Positions 39,229-52,512 of a stretch of DNA of 64,000 bases are shown piece by piece. Origin of the DNA: Octopus sinensis (Eukaryota). Positions within the stretch are counted from its first letter, which is position 1. The number at the start of each line of letters is the position of its first letter. The position numbers and the translations under genes were made by a program. The DNA lies in contig NW_021834251.1 in NCBI RefSeq assembly GCF_006345805.1, positions 1-64,000 of the forward strand, written 5' to 3'. The notes beneath the pieces are model-generated. The model ran no database searches, was not told where the DNA came from, and saw only the letters and a program-made list of their open reading frames with translations.

Positions 39229-42200
39229 TTTCGACTCGTATCAGTTTACGCACCGCCCTTAACAGGTCGGGCGGATTTCTTTCAACGTCTAGAAGTTTTT
39301 CTTGGGAACGTCTCGTCCTTTACTCTTAGTGGGGGATTGAATGCTACCTTGGACACGCATGTAGACTACGTGGGTAGAGATAGGAATAGACGGGGATGCA
39401 AATGCCTCAGACCTGCTCAGACGCTTCAACTGTCTGACAGGTTCCGACTAGACCACCCGAATGCGCCAACGTGGACATGGAGCAACCGCATCGGGTCGTC
39501 GAGATCGTATCTATATAGGATACTGTGTAGGACAGTAGATAGAGATAGCATAGGATGTCCACAATTCCACATAGTCAGCTACACGGATCACAAACTTGTG
39601 ACATGTACGCTAGACTTAGATAAGACACTTAGGCAGGGTCCCGGATACTGGAAACTAAACGCGTCTTTCCCATCGAGACAAGTTTTCAGAGACCGGATTA
39701 GCACACTAGTAAAGAGGGCTTTGACGGGAGCCATCATCAACAACAAATGGTGGTTGCCCTCAAGAGAGCAGTAAAAACAGAAGCGATTAGGTACAGCAAA
39801 GCACTAGCCATAGATAGAAATAGAGTAGAGGGTGAGCTAGTTAAGAAGCTAGAAGAGGCAATTAAGAAGCGGCATCGCATCCGACGTTTTGGCGGCGAGG
39901 TTGGCCCTCGACCAACACTTCAACGCCAAACACGAAGGATGTGCTGTCAGAGCTAGGATGCGTGCTCTAAGGAACGAAGGTGTTGGAGCCGCGAGAGAGG
40001 CCCGGGTGGCAGAGCGCAACAGGGCAACAAAGCCACCATTCGGTCACTGGTAGATGAACAGGGGCGCGAATTGCTCGAGCCAAGAAAATGTGTGAGGCCT
40101 TTCAGCAGCATTTTGCCCGACTGTTCGGAACGAGTGAGGGCAAGAACGTAGGGTGGACTTCAGTGCCTACCTACATAGCCTACCACGACTCTCGACAAGA
40201 AAGGCAGGGTGCTGCGAAGGTGCCATCACGCGGCGGAAGTGCGGGAAGCGATGGCAGAATGCTCGAGGGACAAATCACCGGTTTTGGATGGTCTACCCTA
40301 CGAGCTTTACAATTGTATGCCAGACTTGTTTGGAGATCTCTTGGCGGCGGTGTACTGCAACTGGCAGCAAAACGGGAGCATTCCTGGTTTTGTGAGCCGA
40401 GGAGCCGTAACACTGCTGAAGAAAGATCTAAACAAGGGAAATGTAATAGATAACTTTAGGCCCATCACTCTGCTTAATGCAGACTTGAAAATTTTGGCCA
40501 AGGTGCTAGCCAAGAGGTTGGCGCTTGTCATCGAGAAACTGGTCGACAAGGCGCAAACATGCGCCGTGCCAGGCCGGACCATCCATGACAACTCCATCTG
40601 ATGCGCTACATCATAGACAGGGTAGTTAACGAACCTGGCATGGGTGGGGCCCTGATCAACTTGGATCAATCGAAAGCCTTTGATAGGGTAGACCATCGAT
40701 ACTTGGAGGCAGTCCTGAGAGCGGCTGGTTTCGGTCCCGTCTTCCGCGGCTGGATAGCTGCCTTGTACAGAGGCATCCGTTCGGTAGTTCGCGTAAATGG
40801 ACATCTATCGAGACCTTTCGACATTGCACGTTCGGTCCGTCAGGGATGCCCCCTCTCGGCGCTTCTATACGTATTGACTCTTGAGCCACTACTGCGGAAG
40901 CTGGCGACTCTAAGGGGCATCCCGCGAGAATTGGGATGCGGGACGAGCGTGTCTGCATACGCGGACGACGTCACCGTCATAGTGTCTAGCCACGAACACA
41001 TCGAGCTGGTCGGCGAGACACTGAAAAACTACGAAGCGGTGACAGGATGAAAATCAACCGGGAAAGTCAGTGGGCTTGCGACTAGGCACCTGAGAAGCAA
41101 GCCCATGCCGTCCCACCCAGCGCCTCCGTCGTGGGACGCTGGACCGACGGCCCGGTTGAGTTGCTCGGGTGGTCTGGTTTGGTCCGGACCTCCAAGTGGA
41201 GAAGAACTGGAACGAGATAACGAGTAGGGTGGTCACTCTCGCCCGGCAATGGGCCGAGAGGAAACTGTCCCTAAAAGGTCGAGCGGAGGTGGCGAACACG
41301 TACATCGCGTCCGTCATCTACTACCGGCCTGACCGTCGTACCTTGTCCCGACCCTACCATCACCAAACTACAACGCATCCTCTTTCGCTTCTTGTGGAAA
41401 GGATGCGTCCCGATGGTCAGGCGATCCATTTGCTGTCAACACCCGTTAAAAGGAGGGCTGGGCATGCCGTGGTTGATGATGCGCAGACACGCGCTGAGAC
41501 TGCGACATCTCTGGCTCTATGTAGACGACGGTGAACAGGTGTGGTCGCCGTTTGTGAGGCACGCTTTCCCGCAGCTCGTCTCCATGACCGAACTGCAGTC
41601 GTGGATCAAAAAGAGGCCGAGGAAGGGCGAATGGCACCGCGAGTGTCGCGTTGCTCTCAAGCAACTCTGCCGTCCTGGGTCGACCTTAAGTGACTTCAAC
41701 ACAACCAAAGCATTCTATAGGGGTTAGTGGAGGGGAGGTACGACGACGAGCTCGGGGCGAACCTGGACGTCGACGAGGAGTACCTGACCCGCCTGTTCAG
41801 GACGACTTTCGGGCCAGGGCCCATGGACAACTTCCAGGGATCCCTGGCCTGGCAGTGCTACCGAGAAGCGCTACCCGTTCGGGATAAGCTCTACAGACAC
41901 GGCTCGAGAACACGGGGCCGACCTGCCCAGATGCGGTCAGAGCGACGAAACCGTTCTGCACGCACTCGTTCAGTGTCCAACAATTTCCGACTTGTGGGCT
42001 TATGTCGAACAACTGCTGTCACGTGTGGGACGAGTCGGTTTATCAGCTGAGTCTATCGTCAATATTGTCACGCCCTCCTTCCTTCAAACGGGAAGGAAGA
42101 GCTATTTTCATCATCCTTGTGGCTATGGCGAAAGAATGTATCTGGTGGACGCGTCTGAAAGGATTGGAGACAAACACTTTCTCTGGTCAATCTCTCATCA

Positions 42201-42388
42201 ACTTCTTCAAGTACCACTTGAAAGGAAAGTGAGAGTAGAGAGGCAAGTTTTGTCTAGCGAATGTTTAAAAAAAAGATGGGAATGTAGCAAGAATGACACG
42301 TATGAATGACGACCACCTTGAGCATAGTCCTATGAACCCAGAAATCGAAAACAGAGAGTTGCTTATTTGTGTGGCTAATAAAGAAACA
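39229..42388 (+). mobile_element. Tx1/L1-clade non-LTR retrotransposon, copy 1, 5'-truncated inside the APE domain
   Basis: Frameshifted ORF2: VYAPP…, YTDH, GPGYWKLN, KSPVLDGLPYE, NFRPITLLNADLKILAK, DQSKAFDRV, RQGCPLS, YADD, C-terminal CCHC region; ends tgtgtggctaataaagaaaca. Confidence 0.95.
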
Positions 42389-42424
42389 TATCTATCTATC
42401 TATCTATCTATCTATCTACTATCT

Positions 42425-42458
<34 letters not shown>

Positions 42459-42470
42459 ATCTCTATCCCT

Positions 42471-42504
<34 letters not shown>

Positions 42505-42541
42505 ATCTTCGATCTATCTATCCATCTTCTATCTATATCTC

Positions 42542-42572
<31 letters not shown>

Positions 42573-42583
42573 CTATCTATTTT

Positions 42584-42636
<53 letters not shown>

Positions 42637-42654
42637 TCTATCTATCTATATCTA
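42389..42654. repeat. (CTAT)n between the two Tx1 copies
   Basis: Directly visible. Confidence 0.95.
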
Positions 42655-42848
42655 CGGATGTGATGTCGTTTCAGCTCCGAAGTTAATCATTTATTTTGAC
42701 TATTTATAGGCCAATTTTTGTGTAGATTTTTGCAAATAAGGTGTGTAAGGCACCAACTTTCATTTGAGTGCTTCTCCAAGGGAGGAATTCGCCCCTAGGG
42801 CAGTTTCGACCCCATTTCATCTCTGTTATTTCTTCTCGACATTAGAAA

Positions 42849-44720
42849 ATGTCTAGAAATTTTATTGTTGAACGCTGGTCGCGTTCTTTTTTGGAACAAC
42901 ATTTTCCTAGTCTGGAAACGACAGAGAAAAAAAAGAACGTTCGCACGAAAATGCCAACGTGAATTCGGTGAAAGGAACGCTGCAACCACGTGCGTTAACA
43001 GCCCTGTCACCACCGCCACCACCACCACTAACAACAGCAACCACGAGACAACAACTGCTACCACCACCACCTCCACCACCACCACCACCACTACCACGAC
43101 CAACATAAATGATAACAATAAAACTGAAACGAAAACTATTGACAAAACACAGCAACAACAAGAACAACAATAAAAATGAACTATCTAATAGTGAAGATGC
43201 CAATACAAAAAGTCAACAACAGTAATTTCGCAGATATTCTTCGCCAAAAAAGGAGATTGTTACATTCACAAATGAAGAGCTCATAGAAACAAGAGCTCTC
43301 TTTACAAACCGTGGACAAGATTTAGTCCTGCATACACCTCAACATATAAAACAAGAAATTGAAAATAAGACAATTGTATATAAATTATTAGAAAAAACAA
43401 AAACCAAATGAACAGATTACAAAAACTGATGTGGAGAAATGTTTAAAAAACATAATGAAAGAAAAAGAGTATATAAACTGGGGTCCCCACTTTAACACAG
43501 TAGTGGTCCGCTTCCCCTAACCAGGAAGTGGCAAAAGCTCACTCTACTGAGTCTCTGGGAAATGATGAAATCATCATGGTCCCTTATTATAAAACCAGAG
43601 GGTGAGTAGAATTACTATCAGAAATGTACCCCCCGATATGCCGAACAAATGGATAACAGGGGCAATCTGTTACCACTTGAAAAAGATCAATATTCTAGAA
43701 ACAGCCGTGTACCTAAACGACAATTTGGGCGGAAAAACAGTAGTTGTGACCATCCAGATTGAGGGGGCCTCTATCGAGAGCCTACCCGACAAGATATACT
43801 TGGAGAATGGGCAATGCCTATATGTTATGGCAGAAGGCAAAAAGCCTAGATGCTACAAATGTGGCAGCCCCGAACATTTGATTGCCAAGTGCGATCTGGT
43901 ACAGAAAAACAAGAAAGAACAATTCAGAAAACAAATAAAATCCCTTTGTTGCCAACACCAACACCAACCACACTCAATTATGGAACAACGCCAAGAAAAA
44001 CAACAAACCAGCAACAAACCCCAACAACATCACCAAGAAAACAGTACCAACACAATCACCGTTGACGTCACAACCAATTAAACTTGTTGAATCTTCAAAA
44101 AATCGACCCACACCACACCCCAGGACGACAATTAAAAAGACAGAAAACACTGACGAGAAGACAAATGCTACCCCTAACACCACAACAACACACACCGCAC
44201 AAAACATCAACAATTTATACAAGCATACATAGTGATCCTGTTCTTTTTCCTCTACCCCAATACTGATACGTCGGACGACGAAAGTTCGACGGAATGGCAA
44301 ATAGCCACAGGGGGTAAAAAAAAAGATTCAAAAAATCCACCAAACAAGGAATTAAAGCAGGGAGATATCTCACTCAGGACAACATTCCCCTAGACAATCA
44401 AAAAAGTAATGAACCCGTAAAACCACACACACAACTAACTGCAATAGACACAGACAATAAAGAATTAATGGACTACATCAAATCTAACATGGTCGTCTGT
44501 GAAGATGATTTTTAGACAAACAATCATCCGCACACCACACCACCGAAACCCATCAGAATTTTACACATAACCCAAGCACAACACCACATACTGAAAACAT
44601 TATTTCCGAATGCGGTAGGCGGGTATCAACGATACCTGTCGAAAAAACTATACAAACACCTCATCAAAACGATACAAAAGAAGAAGAAGAAAAAAATGAA
44701 ACTTTTAAAATGAGTAAGTG
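42849..44720 (+). pseudogene. Tx1 ORF1 (gag-like), frameshifted
   Basis: RITIRNVPPDMP… and EGKKPRCYKCGSPEHLIAKC (CX2CX4HX4C); Thr/Gln-rich low-complexity linkers. Start and end positions are approximate. Confidence 0.75.
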
Positions 44721-44778
44721 ACCTCACTTCTTGCCTCTTGTCTCTTCTAATATAGTGTGTAAAACACAATTTTCGTAA

Positions 44779-47700
44779 ATGTCAAGTATGCTTAAATTAG
44801 GTTGTGTGAATGCGCGTGGCTTGGCGTCGGCTTGGAAGCAAGGTTACCTTCTAAACGACATCAAGTCACTGGACGTGGATATAGTAGCTATCAGTGAAAC
44901 CAGACTCAGTAAGCCGCGGGCCCTCGAGTCCATGTTTGGCAATCAATTTGACATTTATTTTTCTCCCTGTCTGCCGAACATGGGTGGTGGAGGTACTGCG
45001 GTGCTTTTTCGAAAGAGTCTAAAGGTAAAAGTAAGAGCAATATTCCTAGACCCGGAGGGTAGGCTGGTTGTCTTGGACGTGGATGGCAGAAATGGGTGTG
45101 CATTCCGTCTGATGGCAGTTTATGCACCGTCCTTAACGGGTCGGGCGGATTTCTTCAGACGTCTAGAGGTTTTCCTGGGTACGTCTAGACCTTTACTGTT
45201 AGTAGGGGATTGGAACGCTACCTTGGACACGCATCTAGATTATGTGGGAAGGGATAGGAAGAAGGGGGTGTAAGAGCCTCAAAGACCTGCTCAGACGTTT
45301 CCATTTGTCTGACAGGTTCCGACTCGACCATCCGAACGTGCCAACGTGGACTTGGACAAACCGCGTCGGATCGTCGAGATCTTATCTAGATAGAATTCTA
45401 TGCAGGACAGCGGATAGGGATAGTGTAGGATGTCCACAATTTAAAGTAGTCAGCTACACAGATCACAAATTTGTTACGTGTACGCTCGACTTAGATAAAA
45501 CACATAGGCAGGGTCCCGGTTACTGGAAACTGAACACGTCGCTGTTAGCGCGACAGGTTTACAGGAACCGGATTAGCGAGTTAATTAAGAGGGCGCTGAC
45601 GGGAGCGGTCGTTAACAACAGCTGGTGGTACGCCCTGAAAATGGCAATAAAATCGGAATCAATTAGGTTTAGCAAGGAATTAGCGATAGAACGAAATAGA
45701 GTAGAGGAGACTTAGTTAAGAAACTAGAAGAGGCACTTACCACTGGCAGCGCAACCAACGTGCTAGCTGCGAGGATGGCCCTCAACAACACCCTCAACGC
45801 CAAGCACGAAGGTTGCGTCGTCAGAGCTAAAATGCGTGCCTTAAAGAACGAAGGGATTGAAGCTGCGCGAGAGGCCCGGGTAGCGGAGGCGCAGCGTGGC
45901 AACAGATCAACCATTCGGTCTCTAATAGATCAACAGGGATGCAGTTTACTCGAACCCGAAAGGATGTGTGAGGCCTTTCAACAGCACTTTGCTCGACTGT
46001 TTGGTGCGAGTGGTGGGTCGGAACGAGGGATGGATTTCAGTGCCTACCTGACCGACCTGCCGCGGCTCTCGGCAAGAGAGGCGGAGTGTTGTGAAAGTCC
46101 CATCACAGCCGCTGACGTGTGGGATGCGATGGCGGGCTGCGCGAGGGATAAGTCGCCTGGATTGGATGGTTTACCCTACGAGCTGTATTGTCGAATGCCA
46201 GACTTGTTTGGCGACCTCTTGGCATCAGTCTACTGCAACTGGCAACAAAACGGGAGAATCCCCGGTTTCGTGAGCCGAGGTGCAGTGACGTTGCTGAAGA
46301 AGAAGACCAAAACAAGGGAAATTTTATAGATAATTTCAGGCCCATCTCTCTGCTCAACGCAGATTTGAAAATTTTTGCCAAAGTAATAGCCGAGAGGTTG
46401 GCGCTTGTCATTGGTAAACTGGTCGACAGGGCGCAAACATGCGCCGTGCCGGGCAGAACCATACATGACAACCTCCATCTGATGCGCTACATTGTGGACA
46501 GGGTAGTTAAGGATCCTGGCATGGGTGGGGCGCTGATAAATTTGGATCAGTCTAAAGCCTTCGATAGGGTCGACCATCGGTACTTGGCGGCCGTCCTCAG
46601 GGCGGCTGGCTTCGGTCCGTGTTCCGCGGTTGGATCGCTGCCTTGTATAGCGGCATCCGATCGGTGATTCGGGTGAACGGTCACCTGTCGAAACCGTTTG
46701 ACATCACGCGTTCGGTCCGTCAGGGGGTGTCCCCTGTCGGCGCTTCTGTGTATTGACTCTCGAGCCGCTACTGCGGAAGCTGGCGACACTGAGGGGCATC
46801 CCACGGGAACTAGGGTTGCGGGACGACGCGTGTCGGCATATGCGGACGATGTCACCGTCATAGTGTCGAGCTACCAGCATATCGAGCTGGTCGGCGAGAC
46901 ACTAAGAAAATATGAAACGGTGACGGGAGCAAAGATTAACCCGGAAAAGTCAGTGGGTTTGCTACTCGGCACCTGGAGAAGCAAGCCCATGCCGTCCGAC
47001 TGCGGCTCAGTAGTGGGACACTGGACGGACGGACCGGTTAAATTGCTCGGGGTCTGGTTCAGTCCGGACCTCCAAATGGATAAGAACTGGGACGAGATCA
47101 CGAGTAGAGTGGTCGCTCTCAGCCAAAAATGGGCCGAGAGAAAGCTGTCTCTAAAAGGCCGGCGGAGGTGGCGAACGCGTACATCGCATCCGTCATCGAT
47201 TACCGCCTGACCGTCGTACCTTGTCCCGACGCCACCATCACAAACTGGAACGCATACTCTTCCGCTTCCTGTGGAAGGGTGGCGTTCCGATGGTGAGGAA
47301 GTCCATTTGCTGTCAACATCCGTTGAATGGAGGACTGGGCATGCCGTGGTTGATGATGCGCAGGCATGCGCTGAGACTGCGACATCTCTGGAATTCATCG
47401 ACGACGGTGAACAGGTGTGGGCGCCGTTTGTGAGGCGCGACTTCCCGCAGCTCGTCTCACTGACCGAACTGCAAACGTGGATCAAAAAGAGACCGAAACT
47501 GGGCGATTGGCACCGAGAGTGTCGCCAAGCTCTACAGCAGCTCTGCCGACCGGGGTCAAACTTGTGCAACTTCCAAACGACTAAAGCGTTCTATAGAGGA
47601 CTAGTGGAGGGGAGGTCCGACGACACACTCGGGGCAAACCTGGGCGTCGACGAGGAATTCTAACCCGCCTGTTCAGGACGACGTTCGGCGGGGCCTATGG

Positions 47701-48212
47701 ATAACTTCCAGAAATCCCTGGCTTGGCAGTGCTATCGAGACGCACTACCTGTTCGAGAGAAGAGCTACAGACACGGTTCGAAAACCATCACTGGACCGAC
47801 CTGCCCGAGATGCGGTCAGAGCGACGAAACCGTTCTGCACGCACTCGTGCAGTGTCCAGATATTTCAGAGCTGTGGTCCTTCGTCGAACAGCTGTTGTCA
47901 CGTGTAGGTCAGGCTCGCCTATCGGCCGAGGTCTATCGTGAATATTGTTCCACCACCTTCCTTTAAACGGGAAGGAAAACGGTTTTCGTTACGCTGATGG
48001 CTATGGCGAAAGAATGTGTGTGGTGGACGCGTTTGAAAGGACTGCAAACAAACATCTTCCTCTCTGGTCAGTCTCTCGTCAACTTTTTCAAGTACCACTT
48101 GAAAAGGAGGATGAGAATAGAGAGGAAGGCTTTGTCGAACGAATGTTTTAATAAAAAGTGGTAAAAGTGGCAAAGTATGAAAGACGACACTATTTTAAGC
48201 ATAAATCTGTAA
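44779..48212 (+). pseudogene. Tx1 ORF2 (APE endonuclease, reverse transcriptase, CCHC), frameshifted
   Basis: MSSMLKLGCVNARGL…ISETRL, VGDWNATL, YTDH, GPGYWKLN, DKSPGLDGLPYE, DQSKAFDRV, YADD, CPRCGQSDETVLHALVQC. Confidence 0.92.
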
Positions 48213-48519
48213 CCAAAAGAGACAACGAGAAGTAAGGCGACTTACTCATGTGTTCTTTTCGAAACTGTCTGAGGTGACCTTGGTCTTTTTTGTAGGTTTT
48301 TCTTTCCAAGGCTACACCTAAATGTGAACCTTATATATATATATATAGTGCTTTTTATACACCACACAACCCCAGATCTCTATTGATCAAACGTTTTTTT
48401 TTTGTTTTTTTTTTTTTTGCCCCACCCATCCCACCTCGAAAAGAAAAAATTCTACATTGTATTTCGTCCATTTTTATTCTGTGTTTAGCCCTGTGTGGCT
48501 ACAATAAAAAGTTATTATA

Positions 48520-48523
<4 letters not shown>

Positions 48524-48588
<65 letters not shown>

Positions 48589-48674
48589 ATATATATATAT
48601 ATATCTTCTATCTAATCATTATCTATCTATCTATATATATTATCTATCTATCTATATATATCTATCTGTCTATC

Positions 48675-48757
<83 letters not shown>

Positions 48758-48772
48758 ATATATATATATCTG

Positions 48773-48805
<33 letters not shown>

Positions 48806-48840
48806 ATATCTATCTATATATCTATCTATCTATCTCTCTC
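48524..48840. repeat. (CTAT)n, right flank of Tx1 copy 2
   Basis: Directly visible. Confidence 0.95.
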
Positions 48841-49245
48841 TCTATATATATATCTGCATATACACATAATATACACACTCAAACACACACACACATACAT
48901 TAGTACGTGAGTGCAGACCAAGGTAGAAAAGATAGTACAAGGACACTAAAAGTAGGGTAACATGCTTTTAGTAACGCTGCAAAATTATCACAAGACTGTT
49001 ACTCAGAGTTTCACTTTCCCTTTCGTCGAATAGTTGGGATGAAACCTGAACTAAAATGCAATATGTGTATGTGTGTGTGTGCGTGCACGTGTTTGTGCAA
49101 GCAATGCTTAATATATACTAAACCAAATTACCAACATACGTCCCATATATAATCTGTGGACACGGTGTTTTTCGTATTTATTTTGTAGTGTTTGAAAAAA
49201 AGGTTCAGTGCCCATGACGATCGTAGCCCCTTCTTTGCTGGACAG

Positions 49246-49370
49246 ATTGAGGCCAACGTCGACTTCCCCTTTAATCCTTTCGGGGTCGATAAATTAAGTA
49301 CCAGTAAAACACTGGGGTTGATGAAATCTATATGGCCCTATCCATTAAATTTCCCGCCTTGTCCTTCTGT
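49246..49370 (+). mobile_element. SINE family B, 3' fragment
   Basis: gtcgacttcccctttaatcctttcggggtcgataaattaagtaccag. Confidence 0.7.
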
Positions 49371-49711
49371 GGTAAGGCTCTCATTGACTTCTGAATGGTT
49401 CACTTGAATAGAAAATTATGAGTGGAGAGAGAAGTGGTGTCTTCGAGTGAGTTCACTGAAAGTTAGGGACCTCTCTAACTGTAAACGTGTGACTAGGAGA
49501 GAAAGAATTGGAGAGGGCAACTGCTCCTGGGGTTTCAGGGAACTCTCGGACGGTGAAGTTCCTCGATTATCCTTGGATGCCTCCAAGTATCAGGAGGGCA
49601 ATATCTATATATTATGACCGGTTTTCCAACCCGGGCCGCAGCAACAATGCCTATTGCCACATCATCAAATATATATATATATATATATAGATATATATAT
49701 ATATATGTATA

Positions 49712-49747
<36 letters not shown>

Positions 49748-49757
49748 TGTGTATATG

Positions 49758-49935
49758 TATTGGGTTGGTGCATAATTATTGCGTTTTTTCAACAAATTTT
49801 ATTCAATAAAAACAATAACAATATTTAACAAAAGCATTTTCAAACGACAGTCAAACCGTTTGCCAAGCAAATGGGAAGCAGTAATTGAAGTAGATAGTGA
49901 ATATGCTCCGGAATAATCATTTAAATATGATTTTG
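49758..49935 (+). mobile_element. Internally deleted mariner (Hsmar1/cecropia-like TIR plus transposase C-terminus)
   Basis: ta-ttgggttggtgcataattattgcg resembles the Hsmar1-type TIR; followed by …NRLPSKWEAVIEVDSEYAPE*, the mariner C-terminus (KLP.RW..VIE..G.Y). Confidence 0.75.
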
Positions 49936-49939
49936 AATT

Positions 49940-50017
49940 TGAACGCAGAACGAAGTGACGGCGAAATATTGCTAAGCAGTTCGTCCAGCGTTCCAACGGT
50001 TCTGCCATATTGCTGCC

Positions 50018-50018
<1 letters not shown>
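49940..50018 (-). mobile_element. SINE family B, head only
   Basis: ttgaacgcagaacg…gaaatattgctaagca…ttctgcca, next to (TAA)n. Confidence 0.6.
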
Positions 50019-50052
<34 letters not shown>

Positions 50053-50406
50053 TTATAATGTGCGGAAAGAGACCCTGTAAGACCGCCATCAACAGGCTGC
50101 TGTCTTCTCTCACCGAATCAACTGGAGCAAACAAGACCGAGCGCTCTTGAGAAGTATAACAACAGCAACAACAGCATAAATAACAACAACAACAACAACA
50201 ACAACAACAATAATAATGATGATAATGATAATAATAATAATATATACGCGCGCGCGTGTGTGTATGCCTGTATATGTATATTTATATATATTATATACAT
50301 ACATACACACATGCATACATATATAAATATATGTATAAGCGTTTGTGGTGGTGCGTGTGTGTGTGTGTGTTATGTGTGTTCTGTGTCTATGTATATATTA
50401 TATATT

Positions 50407-50443
<37 letters not shown>

Positions 50444-50664
50444 TATAATATAATATATATGCTTACACAAACATGCACGAACACATTCGCACACCCGCAG
50501 ACACATATACTCTTTTATGCCTACCTTCTATATGTTTCATTATCATTATACACCTAAATGTATCTTCCTTATTGATAACTTACCTGCAGCTTTTGGCATG
50601 AAACATTTGCGCTATATTCGCGAGTACACTTTTCCTAATCTAAACAATACACATACGTAAGCTC

Positions 50665-50746
<82 letters not shown>

Positions 50747-51296
50747 TATATGTACAGTTATGTATTACTTGTACATATAACCAGGTACACGTACGCGCTC
50801 GCCACTAAGTGCATTGAGGACACCGCACACTTCCACACATCGCTATGTATGTATGTGAATAGCTCATTCTTTCTGTATTATCTCTTGATATACGAGACAC
50901 CACATAATTCGTATTTATTCATTCATCCACACAGACATCCATCCTCACACATTTTTCTGTCTGTCTCTCTCTTTCTTTCTCTTTCTCACCCACTCACTCA
51001 CTCTTACTGTTCGTTTCCGTTTTTCCTCTCCATTCTCTCTCTCTTTCTCTCTTTGATATATACCGTTTCTTTAACTTGTTTCTGCGACGCCCTCACGCAC
51101 GTCTTTCACTATGTCTATTTACTCAGTATATAACCGAATCTGTTTGCCCATATATGTGGTAGAGCATATATCATTATGCACTTCCGGAACAGCTTTTATT
51201 TCAAACGTGTCATTCAGAACACGAAATTTTCTCTTCTTCAATCTTATTTTATTTCATGCTTTCTTAATCTCTTTATTTCTTTATTATTCTTACTTT

Positions 51297-51297
<1 letters not shown>

Positions 51298-51352
<55 letters not shown>

Positions 51353-51373
51353 TATTATTATGATTATTACTTT

Positions 51374-51434
<61 letters not shown>

Positions 51435-51439
51435 TTTTC

Positions 51440-51495
<56 letters not shown>

Positions 51496-51502
51496 GTTAT
51501 TA

Positions 51503-51537
<35 letters not shown>

Positions 51538-51584
51538 GTCATTATTATTATTATGATTATTACTTTTAATTATTATTATTATTA

Positions 51585-51639
<55 letters not shown>

Positions 51640-51701
51640 TTTTCATTATTATTATTATTATTATTATTATTTTATTATTATTATTATTATTATTGTTATT
51701 A

Positions 51702-51738
<37 letters not shown>

Positions 51739-51741
51739 TTT

Positions 51742-51774
<33 letters not shown>

Positions 51775-51800
51775 TATTATTATTATTATTGTTATTATTG

Positions 51801-51831
<31 letters not shown>

Positions 51832-51900
51832 CATTATTATTATTATTATTATTATTATTGCTATTATTATTGTTACTATTATTATTATTGTTATTATTAT
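51298..51900. repeat. Compound (ATT)n tract with recurring tacttttc spacers
   Basis: Directly visible. Confidence 0.95.
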
Positions 51901-52512
51901 ATGTTTTTTTTTTGCACTTTTGCACAATTGTCTCTTTATAGACGTAACCCAAATAATTTGTTTTTCTTCTGGTGTTATTGAGGTGTTTATTCTGCATTTG
52001 CACTTGTATGGCAAGTGATTTGATCTGAGGTCGTGTGTTGGTTCTGGAATAATTACATCCTTGCAGAGATATCATAGTAATTGGAAGGACACATACGGCA
52101 CTGACGTCGTAGTTTTTGATCTTGTTAAAGTCATGGCAGTCATTACTCTTAACCGACTTGAATCTATCATGGTATACTTCAGAGCCAAGCTGTGGTCAAA
52201 CCTTTACCTTTCAACTCTATCTTTTAACCCTTTTAACTGTTTTCCCTAAACTAAACAATATACATACGTAAGCTCTTTATATATTCTTTTATTCTTTACA
52301 TTCTTTTATTCTGTTATTCTGTTATTTGCTTCAGTCATTTGACTGCGGTCATGCTAGAGCACCGCCTTAACAAATATATATTATTTTTCAATTTCCATGT
52401 AGGAAATATATTTTTTCATCATTTGTTTTGAATCTCTATATAAGGAAGTATAAGTACACAAATTATTTTGGATCAGTTATGATTTATTATGAGGTTACTT
52501 ATAGAAAATATT

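Larger units (their letters stand above)
42655..48511 (+). mobile_element. Tx1/L1-clade non-LTR retrotransposon, copy 2, near full length (about 5.9 kb)
   Basis: 5' UTR, ORF1 with zinc knuckle, ORF2 APE-RT-CCHC, about 300-bp 3' UTR with AATAAA; (CTAT)n on both sides. Confidence 0.93.

Noticed and set aside
49380-49650. Possible degenerate LINE fragment (VIIYRYCPP resembling an APE YRPP motif)
   Set aside because: One weak motif; cannot be supported without a profile search.
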